A DNA stretch of 64,000 bases from Somniosus microcephalus (lineage: Eukaryota): positions 11,098,001 to 11,162,000 of the forward strand of contig CM126220.1 of assembly GCA_052327205.1 (NCBI GenBank). Reading direction: 5' to 3'. Under the pieces are notes generated by a model. The model ran no database searches and was not told where the DNA came from. It saw nothing but the letters and a program-made list of their open reading frames with translations. A program made the position numbers and the translations under genes. Positions 63,190 through 64,000 of this stretch are shown one piece after another. Numbering within the stretch: position 1 is the first letter of the stretch; each line of letters opens with the position of its first letter.

Positions 63190-63555
63190 TACAAAACGAA
63201 TCTGCGGACACAATATTTTAGGGAGTGAGTGGCCAATCTATGGAACAGGCTCCCGAGGGAGACAGTGGAAGCAGTTGGTATTGATTCATTCAAATGCAAA
63301 TTAAATTTAAGTAGTGTGAGACATGAGGTGTGGGGAGTGCAGCGAGCACAGGAGCAACAGGTGACTTTGGACCTCTGGTTCCCAAAGCTCTCCACCACTG
63401 GGGGTTTTCCTCACCTCCTGTCTGGGTCTGTTGTGGACTCATTGATAGAGATTGATCGCTGTGATTAGCCAACAACTCCATTATCACATCATGTGAGTAC
63501 TAGGATGGTAGAAGATGGACCTTGGCCTTTTTTCCATCTAGCAATTCCTATTTTC
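63190..63555 (+). mobile_element. CR1-type 3' fragment with long 3' UTR
   Basis: VANLWNRLPRETVEAVGIDSFKCKL is the CR1 ORF2 end; inverted homolog at 56255-56590. Confidence 0.8.
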
Positions 63556-64000
63556 CTTTGGGTTCCTATCCGTATACGGCAGCTACTAGACGTTTCTGGG
63601 AGTGAGAAGTTTTAAAGAAGTGATGCGTGTAACAGGAGAGATTCCTCCCCTTAGGAATCCTGCTCGTCCTATCAACGTCATACTCACCTGGAGAAAAAAC
63701 TTTGGACTGCTACAAGCTGGATTTCACTGGAACAAGACCTTTAGAAAAGGGTTGTGGTGGTAAGTAACCTACGATGCATCTGTTTTTGGTTTAAATAAGA
63801 TTGAGTGTTTAAGCTATTCGAAAGCATGGGAAGATCAAGGGTTGGGTCAGCTAGCAAATGAGCTCAGTGAGTTCTGCCCTTTTCTTCCCATTTCTTTGAT
63901 TGGAAAAAATCATGTCGGGTAATCGTATCCCCCCCGAGGTCAATAATTTGGCTTTGGCAGAGAGTTTTAGGGTTACCTCATTTGCCTCTCTGTGGACACT

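Noticed and set aside
56255-63555. Inverted CR1-type fragments flanking the LTR element as ends of a composite transposon
   Set aside because: They are diverged copies of a common repeat at unequal distances, with no shared TSD; the LTR element has its own TSD.

Overview
This is eukaryotic, AT-rich, repeat-laden DNA. The repeat complement (DeuSINE/SacSINE1-like SINEs, CR1 and L2 LINE fragments, Penelope-like tails) points to a cartilaginous fish (shark). The + strand carries the last 13 coding exons of FBRSL1 (AUTS2 family; 16160-49571). All GT-AG junctions join in one frame (2921 nt plus 1 nt from the upstream exon = 974 codons including the stop), ending in ...DYSPSRNPKEVEAR*. About 9 kb downstream is a complete, apparently very young 4333-bp Ty3/Gypsy LTR retrotransposon (58399-62731) with identical 233-bp LTRs, an ACCAG target-site duplication and one intact gag-pol ORF. 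It is the most unusual object here. It has no tRNA primer-binding site. Instead, the 14 nt after the 5' LTR are the exact reverse complement of a segment inside its own LTR that covers the AATAAA signal, which suggests self-priming and possibly poly(A) masking. Its RT catalytic motif is YLDN rather than YxDD. Other items: hAT-type MITEs with 8-bp TSDs, nested Tc1/mariner-type MITEs carrying RFX X-box palindromes, hammerhead-like cores in Penelope-type tails, a perfect 6 x 62-bp G-rich tandem array, several alternative or cryptic splice candidates in FBRSL1, and a 130-N gap. Family names come from recalled motifs, not database searches.
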